Of a DNA stretch of 64,000 bases, positions 1-14,800 are shown piece after piece (position 1 is the stretch's first letter; each line of letters opens with the position of its first letter). The notes under the pieces are model-generated. The model did not search any database. It had not been told where the DNA came from and saw only the letters and a program-made list of their open reading frames with translations. A program made the translations under genes and the position numbers. Source of the DNA: the human T2T-CHM13v2.0 reference genome, Homo sapiens; NCBI RefSeq assembly GCF_009914755.1, contig NC_060925.1; one strand, given 5' to 3'.

Positions 1-149
1 CGAATGGAATCATCATTGAATGGAATCGAATGGAATCATCGAGTGGAATCGAATGGAATTATGATCAAATGGAATCGAATGTAATCATCATCAAATGGAA
101 TCAAAAATAACCATCATCAATTGGTATTGAATGGAATTGTCATCAAATG

Positions 150-155
150 GAATTC
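150..155. other. EcoRI site (GAATTC) defining the 1.77-kb restriction periodicity; unit position 150
   Basis: GGAATTCAAAGG once per unit; changed to GCAATTC at 1931, 39185 and 42737. Confidence 0.9.
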
Positions 156-1550
156 AAAGGAATCATCATCAAATGGAACCGAATGGAATCCTCATTGAAT
201 GGAAATGAAAGGGGTCATCATCTAATGGAATCGCATGGAATCATCATCAAATGGAATCGAATGGAATCATCATCAAATGGAATCTAATGGAATCATTGAA
301 CAGAATTGAATGGAATGGTCATCGAATGAATTGAATGCAATCATCGAATGGTCTCGAATGGAATCATCTTCTAATGGAAAGGAATGGAATCATCGCATAG
401 AATCGAATGGAATTATCATCGAATGGAATCGAATGGTATCAACACCAAACGGAAAAAAACGGAATTATCGAATGGAATCGAAGAGAATCTTCGAACGGAC
501 CCGAATGGAATCATCTAATGGAATGGAATGGAATAATCCATGGACTCGAATGCAATCATCATCGAATGGAATGGAATGAAATGGAATCATCGAATGGACT
601 CGAATGGAATAATCATTGAACGGAATCGAATGGAATCATCATCGGATGGAAACGAATGGAATCATCATCGAATGGAAATGAAAGGAGTCATCATCTAATG
701 GAATTGCATGGAATCATCATCAAATGGAATCGAATGGAATCAACATCAAATGGAATCAAATGGAATCATTGAACGGAATTGAATGGAATCGTCATCGAAT
801 GAATTGACTGCAATCATCGAATGGTCTCGAATGGAATCATCTTCAAATGGAATGGAATGGAATCATCGCATAGAATCGAATGGAATTATCATCGAATGGA
901 ATCGAATGGAATCAACATCAAACGGAAAAAAACGGAATTATCGAATGGAATCGAAGAGAATCATCGAATGGACCCGAATGGAATCATCTAATGGAATGGA
1001 ATGGAATAATCCATGGACTCGAATGCAATCATCATCGAATGGAATCGAATGGAATCATCGAATGGACTCGAATGGAATAATCATTGAACGGAATCGAATG
1101 GAATCATCATCGGATGGAAATGAATGGAATCATCATCGAATGGAATCGAATAGAATTATGGAATGAAATCCAGTGTGATCATCATCGAATGGACCCGAAT
1201 GGAATCATCATCCAACGGAAGCTAATGGAATCAACATCGAATGAATCGAATGGAAACACCATCGAATTGAAACGAATGGAATTATCATGAAATTGAAATG
1301 GATGGACTCATCATCGAATGGATTCGAATGGAATCATCGAATAAAATTGATTGAAATCATCATCCAATGGAATCGAATGGTATCATTGAATGGAATCGAA
1401 TGGAATCATCATCAGATGGAAATGAATGGAATCGTCATAGAATGGAATCGAATGGATTCATTGAATGGAATCAGATGGAATCATCGAATGGACTGGAATG
1501 GAATCATTGAATGGACTCGAAAGGGATCATGATTGAATGGAATTGAATGG

Positions 1551-1881
1551 AATCATCGAATGGTCTCGATTGGAATCATTATCAAATGGAATCGAATGGA
1601 ATCACCGAATAGAATCGAATGGAACAATCATCGAATGGACTCAAATGGAATTATCCTCCAATGGAATCGAATGGAATTATCGAATGCAATCGAATGGAAT
1701 TATCGAATGCAATCGAATAGAATCATCGAATGGACTCGAATGGAATCATCGAATGGAATGGAATGGAACAGTCAATGAACTCGAATGGAATCATCATTGA
1801 ATGGAATCGAATGGAATCATCGAGTGGAATCGAATGGAATTATGATCAAATGGAATCGAATGTAATCCTCATCAAATGGAA
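1551..1881. repeat. Third, more diverged paralog (C) of the A/B sub-repeat; shown for the unit 1/2 junction
   Basis: GGTCTCG at 1562 lies 739 bp after the B-copy GGTCTCG (823). Downstream sequence stays colinear with B apart from one extra 23-mer, including the atypical short monomer (ACAGTCAATGAACTC vs ATAATCCATGGACTC). Confidence 0.75.
1673..1718. repeat. Perfect 23-bp tandem duplication GGAATTATCGAATGCAATCGAAT x2, at the same place in each unit
   Basis: Read directly at 1673-1695 and 1696-1718. Confidence 0.9.
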
Positions 1882-3557
1882 TCAAAAATAACCATCATCA
1901 ATTGGTATTGAATGGAATTGTCATCAAATGCAATTCAAAGGAATCATCATCAAATGGAACCGAATGGAATCCTCATTGAATGGAAATGAAAGGGGTCATC
2001 ATCTAATGGAATCGCATGGAATCATCATCAAATGGAATCGAATGGAATCATCATCAAATGGAATCTAATGGAATCATTGAACAGAATTGAATGGAATCGT
2101 CATCGAATGAATTGAATGCAATCATCGAATGGTCTCGAATGGAATCATCTTCTAATGGAAAGGAATGGAATCATCGCATAGAATCGAATGGAATTATCAT
2201 CGAATGGAATCGAATGGTATCAACACCAAACGGAAAAAAACGGAATTATCGAATGGAATCGAAGAGAATCTTCGAACGGACCCGAATGGAATCATCTAAT
2301 GGAATGGAATGGAATAATCCATGGACTCGAATGCAATCATCATCGAATGGAATGGAATGGAATCATCGAATGGACTCGAATGGAATAATCATTGAACGGA
2401 ATCGAATGGAATCATCATCGGATGGAAACGAATGGAATCATCATCGAATGGAAATGAAAGGAGTCATCATCTAATGGAATTGCATGGAATCATCATAAAA
2501 TGGAATCGAATGGAATCAACATCAAATGGAATCAAATGGAATCATTGAACGGAATTGAATGGAATCGTCATCGAATGAATTGACTGCAATCATCGAATGG
2601 TCTCGAATGGAATCATCTTCAAATGGAATGGAATGGAATCATCGCATAGAATCGAATGGAATTATCATCGAATGGAATCGAATGGAATCAACATCAAACG
2701 GAAAAAAACGGAATTATCGAATGGAATCGAAGAGAATCATCGAATGGACCCGAATGGAATCATCTAATGGAATGGAATGGAATAATCCATGGACTCGAAT
2801 GCAATCATCATCGAATGGAATCGAATGGAATCATCGAATGGACTCGAATGGAATAATCATTGAACGGAATCGAATGGAATCATCATCGGATGGAAATGAA
2901 TGGAATCATCATCGAATGGAATCGAATAGAATTATGGAATGAAATCCAGTGTGATCATCATCGAATGGACCCGAATGGAATCATCATCCAACGGAAGCTA
3001 ATGGAATCAACATCGAATGAATCGAATGGAAACACCATCGAATTGAAACGAATGGAATTATCATGAAATTGAAATGGATGGACTCATCATGGAATGGGTT
3101 CGAATAGAATCATCGAATAAAATTGATTGAAATCATCATCCAATGGAATCGAATGGTATCATTGAATGGAATCGAATGGAATCATCATCAGATGGAAATG
3201 AATGGAATCGTCATAGAATGGAATCGAATGGATTCATTGAATGGAATCAGATGGAATCATCGAATGGACTGAAATGGAATCATTGAATGGACTCGAAAGG
3301 GATCATGATTGAATGGAATTGAATGGAATCATCGAATGGTCTCGATTGGAATCATTATCAAATGGAATGGAATGGAATCACCGAATAGAATCGAATGGAA
3401 CAATCATCGAATGGACTCAAATGGAATTATCCTCCAATGGAATCGAATGGAATTATCGAATGCAATCGAATGGAATTATCGAATGCAATCGAATAGAATC
3501 ATCGAATGGACTCGAATGGAATCATCGAATGGAATGGAATGGAACAGTCAATGAACT
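1782..3557. repeat. Representative 1776-bp unit (unit 2)
   Basis: Runs from CGAATGGAATCATCATTGAA at 1782 to ...ACAGTCAATGAACT at 3557; the same junction recurs at 3558, 5334, 7084 ... 63879. Confidence 0.95.
1978..2921. repeat. Internal 468-bp tandem duplication (sub-repeats A and B), present in every unit; shown for unit 2
   Basis: TGGAAATGAAAGGGGTC at 1981 vs TGGAAATGAAAGGAGTC at 2449. Paired ORF starts 2091/2559 are 468 apart. AAACGGAAAAAAACGG and AATCCATGGAC each occur twice per unit. Confidence 0.95.
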
Positions 3558-5333
3558 CGAATGGAATCATCATTGAATGGAATCGAATGGAATCATCGAG
3601 TGGAATCGAATGGAATTATGATCAAATGGAATCGAATGTAATCATCATCAAATGGAATCAAAAATAACCATCATCAATTGGTATTGAATGGAATTGTCAT
3701 CAAATGGAATTCAAAGGAATCATCATCAAATGGAACCGAATGGAATCCTCATTGAATGGAAATGAAAGGGGTCATCATCTAATGGAATCGCATGGAATCA
3801 TCATCAAATGGAATCGAATGGAATCATCATCAAATGGAATCTAATGGAATCATTGAACAGAAATGAATGGAATCGTCATCGAATGAATTGAATGCAATCA
3901 TCGAATGGTCTCGAATGGAATCATCTTCTAATGGAAAGGAATGGAATCATCGCATAGAATCGAATGGAATTATCATCGAATGGAATCGAATGGTATCAAC
4001 ACCAAACGGAAAAAAACGGAATTATCGAATGGAATCGAAGAGAATCTTCGAACGGACCCGAATGGAATCATCTAATGGAATGGAATGGAATAATCCATGG
4101 ACTCGAATGCAATCATCATCGAATGGAATGGAATGGAATCATCGAATGGACTCGAATGGAATAATCATTGAACGGAATCGAATGGAATCATCATCGGATG
4201 GAAACGAATGGAATCATCATCGAATGGAAATGAAAGGAGTCATCATCTAATGGAATTGCATGGAATCATCATAAAATGGAATCGAATGGAATCAACATCA
4301 AATGGAATCAAATGGAATCATTGAACGGAATTGAATGGAATCGTCATCGAATGAATTGACTGCAATCATCGAATGGTCTCGAATGGAATCATCTTCAAAT
4401 GGAATGGAATGGAATCATCGCATAGAATCGAATGGAATTATCATCGAATGGAATCGAATGGAATCAACATCAAACGGAAAAAAACGGAATTATCGAATGG
4501 AATCGAAGAGAATCATCGAATGGACCCGAATGGAATCATCTAATGGAATGGAATGGAATAATCCATGGACTCGAATGCAATCATCATCGAATGGAATCGA
4601 ATGGAATCATCGAATGGACTCGAATGGAATAATCATTGAACGGAATCGAATGGAATCATCATCGGATGGAAATGAATGGAATCATCATCGAATGGAATCG
4701 AATAGAATTATGGAATGAAATCCAGTGTGATCATCATCGAATGGACCCGAATGGAATCATCATCCAACGGAAGCTAATGGAATCAACATCGAATGAATCG
4801 AATGGAAACACCATCGAATTGAAACGAATGGAATTATCATGAAATTGAAATGGATGGACTCATCATCGAATGGATTCGAATGGAATTATCGAATAAAATT
4901 GATTGAAATCATCATCCAATGGAATCGAATGGTATCATTGAATGGAATCGAATGGAATCATCATCAGATGGAAATGAATGGAATCGTCATAGAATGGAAT
5001 CGAATGGATTCATTGAATGGAATCAGATGGAATCATCGAATGGACTGGAATGGAATCATTGAATGGACTCGAAAGGGATCATGATTGAATGGAATTGAAT
5101 GGAATCATCGAATGGTCTCGATTGGAATCATTATCAAATGGAATCGAATGGAATCACCGAATAGAATCGAATGGAACAATCATAGAATGGACTCAAATGG
5201 AATTATCCTCCAATGGAATCGAATGGAATTATCGAATGCAATCGAATGGAATTATCGAATGCAATCGAATAGAATCATCGAATGGACTCGAATGGAATCA
5301 TCGAATGGAATGGAATGGAACAGTCAATGAACT

Positions 5334-7083
5334 CGAATGGAATCATCATTGAATGGAATCGAATGGAATCATCGAGTGGAATCGAATGGAATTATGATCA
5401 AATGGAATCGAATGTAATCATCATCAAATGGAATCAAAAATAACCATCATCAATTGGTATTGAATGGAATTGTCATCAAATGGAATTCAAAGGAATCATC
5501 ATCAAATGGAACCGAATGGAATCCTCATTGAATGGAAATGAAAGGGGTCATCATCTAACGGAATCGCATGGAATCATCATCAAATGGAATCTAATGGAAT
5601 CATTGAACAGAATTGAATGGAATCGTCATCGAATGAATTGAATGCAATCATCGAATGGTCTCGAATGGAATCATCTTCTAATGGAAAGGAATGGAATCAT
5701 CGCATAGAATCGAATGGAATTATCATCGAATGGAATCGAATGGTATCAACACCAAACGGAAAAAAACGGAATTATCGAATGGAATCGAAGAGAATCTTCG
5801 AACGGACCCGAATGGAATCATCTAATGGAATGGAATGGAATAATCCATGGACTCGAATGCAATCATCATCGAATGGAATGGAATGGAATCATCGAATGGA
5901 CTCGAATGGAATAATCATTGAACGGAATCGAATGGAATCATCATCGGATGGAAACGAATGGAATCATCATCGAATGGAAATGAAAGGAGTCATCATCTAA
6001 TGGAATTGCATGGAATCATCATAAAATGGAATCGAATGGAATCAACATCAAATGGAATCAAATGGAATCATTGAACGGAATTGAATGGAATCGTCATCGA
6101 ATGAATTGACTGCAATCATCGAATGGTCTCGAATGGAATCATCTTCAAATGGAATGGAATGGAATCATCGCATAGAATCGAATGGAATTATCATCGAATG
6201 GAATCGAATGGAATCAACATCAAACGGAAAAAAACGGAATTATCGAATGGAATCGAAGAGAATCATCGAATGGACCCGAATGGAATCATCTAATGGAATG
6301 GAATGGAATAATCCATGGACTCGAATGCAATCATCATCGAATGGAATCGAATGGAATCATCGAATGGACTCGAATGGAATAATCATTGAACGGAATCGAA
6401 TGGAATCATCATCGGATGGAAATGAATGGAATCATCATCGAATGGAATCGAATAGAATTATGGAATGAAATCCAGTGTGATCATCATCGAATGGACCCGA
6501 ATGGAATCATCATCCAACGGAAGCTAATGGAATCAACATCGAATGAATCGAATGGAAACACCATCGAATTGAAACGAATGGAATTATCATGAAATTGAAA
6601 TGGATGGACTCATCATCGAATGGATTCGAATGGAATCATCGAATAAAATTGATTGAAATCATCATCGAATGGAATCGAATGGTATCATTGAATGGAATCG
6701 AATGGAATCATCATCAGATGGAAATGAATGGAATCGTCATAGAATGGAATCGAATGGATTCATTGAATGGAATCAGATGGAATCATCGAATGGACTGGAA
6801 TGGAATCATTGAAGGGACTCGAAAGGGATCATTATTGAATGGAATTGAATGGAATCATCGAATGGTCTCGATTGGAATCATTATCAAATGGAATCGAATG
6901 GAATCACCGAATAGAATCGAATGGAACAATCATCGAATGGACTCAAATGGAATTATCCTCAAATGGAATCGAATGGAATTATCGAATGCAATCGAATGGA
7001 ATTATCGAATGCAATCGAATAGAATCATCGAATGGACTCGAATGGAATCATCGAATGGAATGGAATGGAACAGTCAATGAACT
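5334..7083. repeat. Short 1750-bp unit variant (unit 4; 26-bp monomer deleted)
   Basis: Only one ATGGAATCATCATCAAATGGAATC copy at ~5568-5591 where standard units have two; linked SNV CTAACGG at 5559. Confidence 0.93.
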
Positions 7084-8864
7084 CGAATGGAATCATCATT
7101 GAATGGAATCGAATGGAATCATCGAGTTGAATCGAATGGAATTATGATCAAATGGAATCGAATGTAATCATCATCAAATGGAATCAAAAATAACCATCAT
7201 CAATTGGTATTGAATGGAATTGTCATCAAATGGAATTCAAAGGAATCATCATCAAATGGAACCGAATGGAATCCTCATTGAATGGAAATGAAAGGGGTCA
7301 TCATCTAATGGAATCGCATGGAATCATCATCAATTGGAATCGAATGGAATCATCATCAAATGGAATCTAATGGAATCATTGAACAGAATTGAATGGAATC
7401 GTCATCGAATGAATTGAATGCAATCATCGAATGGTCTCGAATGGAATCATCTTCTAATGGAAAGGAATGGAATCATCGCATAGAATCGAATGGAATTATC
7501 ATCGAATGGAATCGAATGGTATCAACACCAAACGGAAAAAAACGGAATTATCGAATGGAATCGAAGAGAATCTTCGAACGGACCCGAATGGAATCATCTA
7601 ATGGAATGGAATGGAATAATCCATGGACTCGAATGCAATCATCATCGAATGGAATGGAATGGAATGGAATCATCGAATGGACTCGAATGGAATAATCATT
7701 GAACGGAATCGAATGGAATCATCATCGGATGGAAACGAATGGAATCATCATCGAATGGAAATGAAAGGAGTCATCATCTAATGGAATTGCATGGAATCAT
7801 CATAAAATGGAATCGAATGGAATCAACATCAAATGGAATCAAATGGAATCATTGAACGGAATTGAATGGAATCGTCATCGAATGAATTGACTGCAATCAT
7901 CGAATGGTCTCGAATGGAATCATCTTCAAATGGAATGGAATGGAATCATCGCATAGAATCGAATGGAATTATCATCGAATGGAATCGAATGGAATCAACA
8001 TCAAACGGAAAAAAACGGAATTATCGAATGGAATCGAAGAGAATCATCGAATGGACCCGAATGGAATCATCTAATGGAATGGAATGGAATAATCCATGGA
8101 CTCGAATGCAATCATCATCGAATGGAATCGAATGGAATCATCGAATGGACTCGAATGGAATAATCATTGAACGGAATCGAATGGAATCATCATCGGATGG
8201 AAATGAATGGAATCATCATCGAATGGAATCGAATAGAATTATGGAATGAAATCCAGTGTGATCATCATCGAATGGACCCGAATGGAATCATCATCCAACG
8301 GAAGCTAATGGAATCAACATCGAATGAATCGAATGGAAACACCATCGAATTGAAACGAATGGAATTATCATGAAATTGAAATGGATGGACTCATCATCGA
8401 ATGGATTCGAATGGAATCATCGAATAAAATTGATTGAAATCATCATCCAATGGAATCGAATGGTATCATTGAATGGAATCGAATGGAATCATCATCAGAT
8501 GGAAATGAATGGAATCGTCATAGAATGGAATCGAATGGATTCATTGAATGGAATCAGATGGAATCATCGAATGGACTGGAATGGAATCATTGAATGGACT
8601 CGAAAGGGATCATGATTGAATGGAATTGAATGGAATCATCGAATGGTCTCGATTGGAATCATTATCAAATGGAATCGAATGGAATCACCGAATAGAATCG
8701 AATGGAACAATCATCGAATGGACTCAAATGGAATTATCCTCAAATGGAATCGAATGGAATTATCGAATGCAATCGAATGGAATTATCGAATGCAATCGAA
8801 TAGAATCATCGAAAGGACTCGAATGGAATCATCGAATGGAATGGAATGGAACAGTCAATGAACT
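7084..8864. repeat. Long 1781-bp unit variant (unit 5; +5 bp, GGAAT allele)
   Basis: Extra pentamer in the run at 7647-7670; A-to-B spacing 473. Confidence 0.92.
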
Positions 8865-11800
8865 CGAATGGAATCATCATTGAATGGAATCGAATGGAAT
8901 CATCGAGTGGAATCGAATGGAATTATGATCAAATGGAATCGAATGTAATCATCATCAAATGGAATCAAAAATAACCATCATCAATTGGTATTGAATGGAA
9001 TTGTCATCAAATGGAATTCAAAGGAATCATCATCAAATGGAACCGAATGGAATCCTCATTGAATGGAAATGAAAGGGGTCATCATCTAATGGAATCGCAT
9101 GGAATCATCATCAAATGGAATCGAATGGAATCATCATCAAATGGAATCTAATGGAATCATTGAACAGAATTGAATGGAATCGTCATCGAATGAATTGAAT
9201 GCAATCATCGAATGGTCTCGAATGGAATCATCTTCTAATGGAAAGGAATGGAATCATCGCATAGAATCGAATGGAATTATCATCGAATGGAATCGAATGG
9301 TATCAACACCAAACGGAAAAAAACGGAATTATCGAATGGAATCGAAGAGAATCTTCGAACGGACCCGAATGGAATCATCTAATGGAATGGAATGGAATAA
9401 TCCATGGACTCGAATGCAATCATCATCGAATGGAATGGAATGGAATCATCGAATGGACTCGAATGGAATAATCATTGAACGGAATCGAATGGAATCATCA
9501 TCGGATGGAAACGAATGGAATCATCATCGAATGGAAATGAAAGGAGTCATCATCTAATGGAATTGCATGGAATCATCATAAAATGGAATCGAATGGAATC
9601 AACATCAAATGGAATCAAATGGAATCATTGAACGGAATTGAATGGAATCGTCATCGAATGAATTGACTGCAATCATCGAATGGTCTCGAATGGAATCATC
9701 TTCAAATGGAATGGAATGGAATCATCGCATAGAATCGAATGGAATTATCATCGAATGGAATCGAATGGAATCAACATCAAACGGAAAAAAACGGAATTAT
9801 CGAATGGAATCGAAGAGAATCATCGAATGGACCCGAATGGAATCATCTAATGGAATGGAATGGAATAATCCATGGACTCGAATGCAATCATCATCGAATG
9901 GAATCGAATGGAATCATCGAATGGACTCGAATGGAATAATCATTGAACGGAATCGAATGGAATCATCATCGGATGGAAATGAATGGAATCATCATCGAAT
10001 GGAATCGAATAGAAATATGGAATGAAATCCAGTGTGATCATCATCGAATGGACCCGAATGGAATCATCATCCAACGGAAGCTAATGGAATCAACATCGAA
10101 TGAATCGAATGGAAACACCATCGAATTGAAACGAATGGAATTATCATGAAATTGAAATGGATGGACTCATCATCAAATGGATTCGAATGGAATCATCGAA
10201 TAAAATTGATTGAAATCATCATCGAATGGAATCGAATGGTATCATTGAATGGAATCGAATGGAATCATCATCAGATGGAAATGAATGGAATCGTCATAGA
10301 ATGGAATCGAATGGATTCATTGAATGGAATCAGATGGAATCATCGAATGGACTGGAATGGAATCATTGAATGGACTCGAAAGGGATCATTATTGAATGGA
10401 ATTGAATGGAATCATCGAATGGTCTCGATTGGAATCATTATCAAATGGAATCGAATGGAATCACCGAATAGAATCGAATGGAACAATCATCGAATGGACT
10501 CAAATGGAATTATCCTCCAATGGAATCGAATGGAATTATCGAATGCAATCGAATGGAATTATCGAATGCAATCGAATAGAATCATCGAATGGACTCGAAT
10601 GGAATCATCGAATGGAATGGAATGGAACAGTCAATGAACTCGAATGGAATCATCATTGAATGGAATCGAATGGAATCATCGAGTGGAATCGAATGGAATT
10701 ATGATCAAATGGAATCGAATGTAATCATCATCAAATGGAATCAAAAATAACCATCATCAATTGGTATTGAATGGAATTGTCATCAAATGGAATTCAAAGG
10801 AATCATCATCAAATGGAACCGAATGGAATCCTCATTGAATGGAAATGAAAGGGGTCATCATCTAATGGAATCGCATGGAATCATCATCAAATGGAATCGA
10901 ATGGAATCATCATCAAATGGAATCTAATGGAATCATTGAACAGAATTGAATGGAATCGTCATCGAATGAATTGAATGCAATCATCGAATGGTCTCGAATG
11001 GAATCATCTTCTAATGGAAAGGAATGGAATCATCGCATAGAATCGAATGGAATTATCATCGAATGGAATCGAATGGTATCAACACCAAACGGAAAAAAAC
11101 GGAATTATCGAATGGAATCGAAGAGAATCTTCGAACGGACCCGAATGGAATCATCTAATGGAATGGAATGGAATAATCCATGGACTCGAATGCAATCATC
11201 ATCGAATGGAATCGAATGGAATCATCGAATGGACGCGAATGGAATAGTCATTGAACGGAATCGAATGGAATCATCATCGGATGGAAACGAATGGAATCAT
11301 CATCGAATGGAAATGAAAGGAGTCATCATCTAATGGAATTGCATGGAATCATCATCAAATGGAATCGAATGGAATCAACATCAAATGGAATCAAATGGAA
11401 TCATTGAACGGAATTGAATGGAATCGTCATCGAATGAATTGACTGCAATCATCGAATGGTCTCGAATGGAATCATCTTCAAATGGAATGGAATGGAATCA
11501 TCGCATAGAATCGAATGGAATTATCATCGAATAGAATCGAATGGAATCAACATCAAACGGAAAAAAACAGAATTATCGTATGGAATCGAAGAGAATCATC
11601 GAATGGACCCGAATGGAATCATCTAATGGAATGGAATGGAATAATCCATGGACTCGAATGCAATCATCATCGAATGGAATCGAATGGAATCATCGAATGG
11701 ACTCGAATGGAATAATCATTGAACGGAATCGAATGGAATCATCATCGGATGGAAATGAATGGAATCATCATCGAATGGAATCGAATAGAATTATGGAATG

Positions 11801-14800
11801 AAATCCAGTGTGATCATCATCGAATGGACCCGAATGGAATCATCATCCAACGGAAGCTAATGGAATCAACATCGAATGAATCGAATGGAAACACCATCGA
11901 ATTGAAACGAATGGAATTATCATGAAATTGAAATGGATGGACTCATCATCGAATGGATTCGAATGGAATCATCGAATAAAATTGATTGAAATCATCATCC
12001 AATGGAATCGAATGGTATCATTGAATGGAATCGAATGGAATCATCATCAGATGGAAATGAATGGAATCGTCATAGAATGGAATCGAGTGGATTCATTGAA
12101 TGGAATCAGATGGAATCATCGAATGGACTGGAATGGAATCATTGAATGGACTCGAAAGGGATCATGATTGAATGGAATTGAATGGAATCATCGAATGGTC
12201 TCGATTGGAATCATTATCAAATGGAATCGAATGGAATCACCGAATAGAATCGAATGGAACAATCATCGAATGGACTCAAATGGAATTATCCTCAAATGGA
12301 ATCGAATGGAATTATCGAATGCAATCGAATGGAATTATCGAATGCAATCGAATAGAATCATCGAAAGGACTCGAATGGAATCATCGAATGGAATGGAATG
12401 GAACAGTCAATGAACTCGAATGGAATCATCATTGAATGGAATCCAATGGAATCATCGAGTGGAATCGAATGGAATTATGATCAAATGGAATCTAATGTAA
12501 TCATCATCAAATGGAATCAAAAATAACCATCATCAATTGGTATTGAATTGAATTGTCATCAAATGGAATTCAAAGGAATCATCATCAAATGGAACCGAAT
12601 GGAATCCTCATTGAATGGAAATGAAAGGGGTCATCATCTAATGGAATCGCATGGAATCATCATCAAATGGAATCGAATGGAATCATCATCAAATGGAATC
12701 TAATGGAATCATTGAACAGAATTGAATGGAATCGTCATCGAATGAATTGAATGCAATCATCGAATGGTCTCGAATGGAATCATCTTCTAATGGAAAGGAA
12801 TGGAATCATCGCATAGAATCGAATGGAATTATCATCGAATGGAATCGAATGGTATCAACACCAAACGGAAAAAAACGGAATTATCGAATGGAATCGAAGA
12901 GAATCTTCGAACGGACCCGAATGGAATCATCTAATGGAATGGAATGGAATAATCCATGGACTCGAATGCAATCATCATCGAATGGAATGGAATGGAATCA
13001 TCGAATGGACTCGAATGGAATAATCATTGAACGGAATCGAATGGAATCATCATCGGATGGAAACGAATGGAATCATCATCGAATGGAAATGAAAGGAGTC
13101 ATCATCTAATGGAATTGCATGGAATCATCATAAAATGGAATCGAATGGAATCAACATCAAATGGAATCAAATGGAATCATTGAACGGAATTGAATGGAAT
13201 CGTCATCGAATGAATTGACTGCAATCATCGAATGGTCTCGAATGGAATCATCTTCAAATGGAATGGAATGGAATCATCGCATAGAATCGAATGGAATTAT
13301 CATCGAATGGAATCGAATGGAATCAACATCAAACGGAGAAAAACGGAATTATCGAATGGAATCGAAGAGAATCATCGAATGGACCCGAATGGAATCATCT
13401 AATGGAATGGAATGGAATAATCCATGGACTCGAATGCAATCATCATCGAATGGAATCGAATGGAATCATCGAATGGACTCGAATGGAATAATCATTGAAC
13501 GGAATCGAATGGAATCATCATCGGATGGAAATGAATGGAATCATCATCGAATGGAATCGAATAGAAATATGGAATGAAATCCAGTGTGATCATCATCGAA
13601 TGGACCCGAATGGAATCATCATCCAACGGAAGCTAATGGAATCAACATCGAATGAATCGAATGGAAACACCATCGAATTGAAACGAATGGAATTATCATG
13701 AAATTGAAATGGATGGACTCATCATCAAATGGATTCGAATGGAATCATCGAATAAAATTGATTGAAATCATCATCGAATGGAATCGAATGGTATCATTGA
13801 ATGGAATCGAATGGAATCATCATCAGATGGAAATGAATGGAATCGTCATAGAATGGAATCGAATGGATTCATTGAATGGAATCAGATGGAATCATCGAAT
13901 GGACTGGAATGGAATCATTGAATGGACTCGAAAGGGATCATTATTGAATGGAATTGAATGGAATCATCGAATGGTCTCGATTGGAATCATTATCAAATGG
14001 AATCGAATGGAATCACCGAATAGAATCGAATGGAACAATCATCGAATGGACTCAAATGGAATTATCCTCCAATGGAATCGAATGGAATTATCGAATGCAA
14101 TCGAATGGAATTATCGAATGCAATCGAATAGAATCATCGAATGGACTCGAATGGAATCATCGAATGGAATGGAATGGAACAGTCAATGAACTCGAATGGA
14201 ATCATCATTGAATGGAATCGAATGGAATCATCGAGTGGAATCGAATGGAATTATGATCAAATGGAATCGAATGTAATCATCATCAAATGGAATCAAAAAT
14301 AACCATCATCAATTGGTATTGAATGGAATTGTCATCAAATGGAATTCAAAGGAATCATCATCAAATGGAACCGAATGGAATCCTCATTGAATGGAAATGA
14401 AAGGGGTCATCATCTAATGGAATCGCATGGAATCATCATCAAATGGAATCGAATGGAATCATCATCAAATGGAATCTAATGGAATCATTGAACAGAATTG
14501 AATGGAATCGTCATCGAATGAATTGAATGCAATCATCGAATGGTCTCGAATGGAATCATCTTCTAATGGAAAGGAATGGAATCATCGCATAGAATCGAAT
14601 GGAATTATCATCGAATGGAATCGAATGGTATCAACACCAAACGGAAAAAAACGGAATTATCGAATGGAATCGAAGAGAATCTTCGAACGGACCCGAATGG
14701 AATCATCTAATGGAATGGAATGGAATAATCCATGGACTCGAATGCAATCATCATCGAATGGAATCGAATGGAATCATCGAATGGACGCGAATGGAATAGT

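Larger units (their letters stand above)
1..1781. repeat. Long 1781-bp unit variant (unit 1; +5 bp, GAAAT allele)
   Basis: GAATGGAATGGAATGAAATGGAAT at 564-587; A-to-B ORF spacing is 473 instead of 468. Confidence 0.92.

Noticed and set aside
447-463. AAACGGAAAAAAACGGA A-tract as a poly(A) or retro-insertion remnant
   Set aside because: Aligns without gaps to an ordinary monomer (AATGGAATCGAATGGA), so it arises from substitutions; there is no inserted sequence.
485-497. Possible heat-shock element AGAATCTTCGAAC
   Set aside because: Only two correctly spaced inverted nGAAn units; a canonical element needs three.
1340-1360. Possible DUX4 site at AAATTGATTGAAATCA (DUX4 is reported to activate HSATII)
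   Set aside because: Resembles but does not match the TGATTRRRTTA-type consensus (spacing off by one); cannot be supported without a motif scan or binding data.
6589-7080. 163-aa ORF in units 4, 6, 8, 15, 18, 33 and 35
   Set aside because: Produced by a single TGA>TTA variant (GGATCATGATT vs GGATCATTATT) joining two artefactual ORFs; nothing suggests selection on the reading frame.
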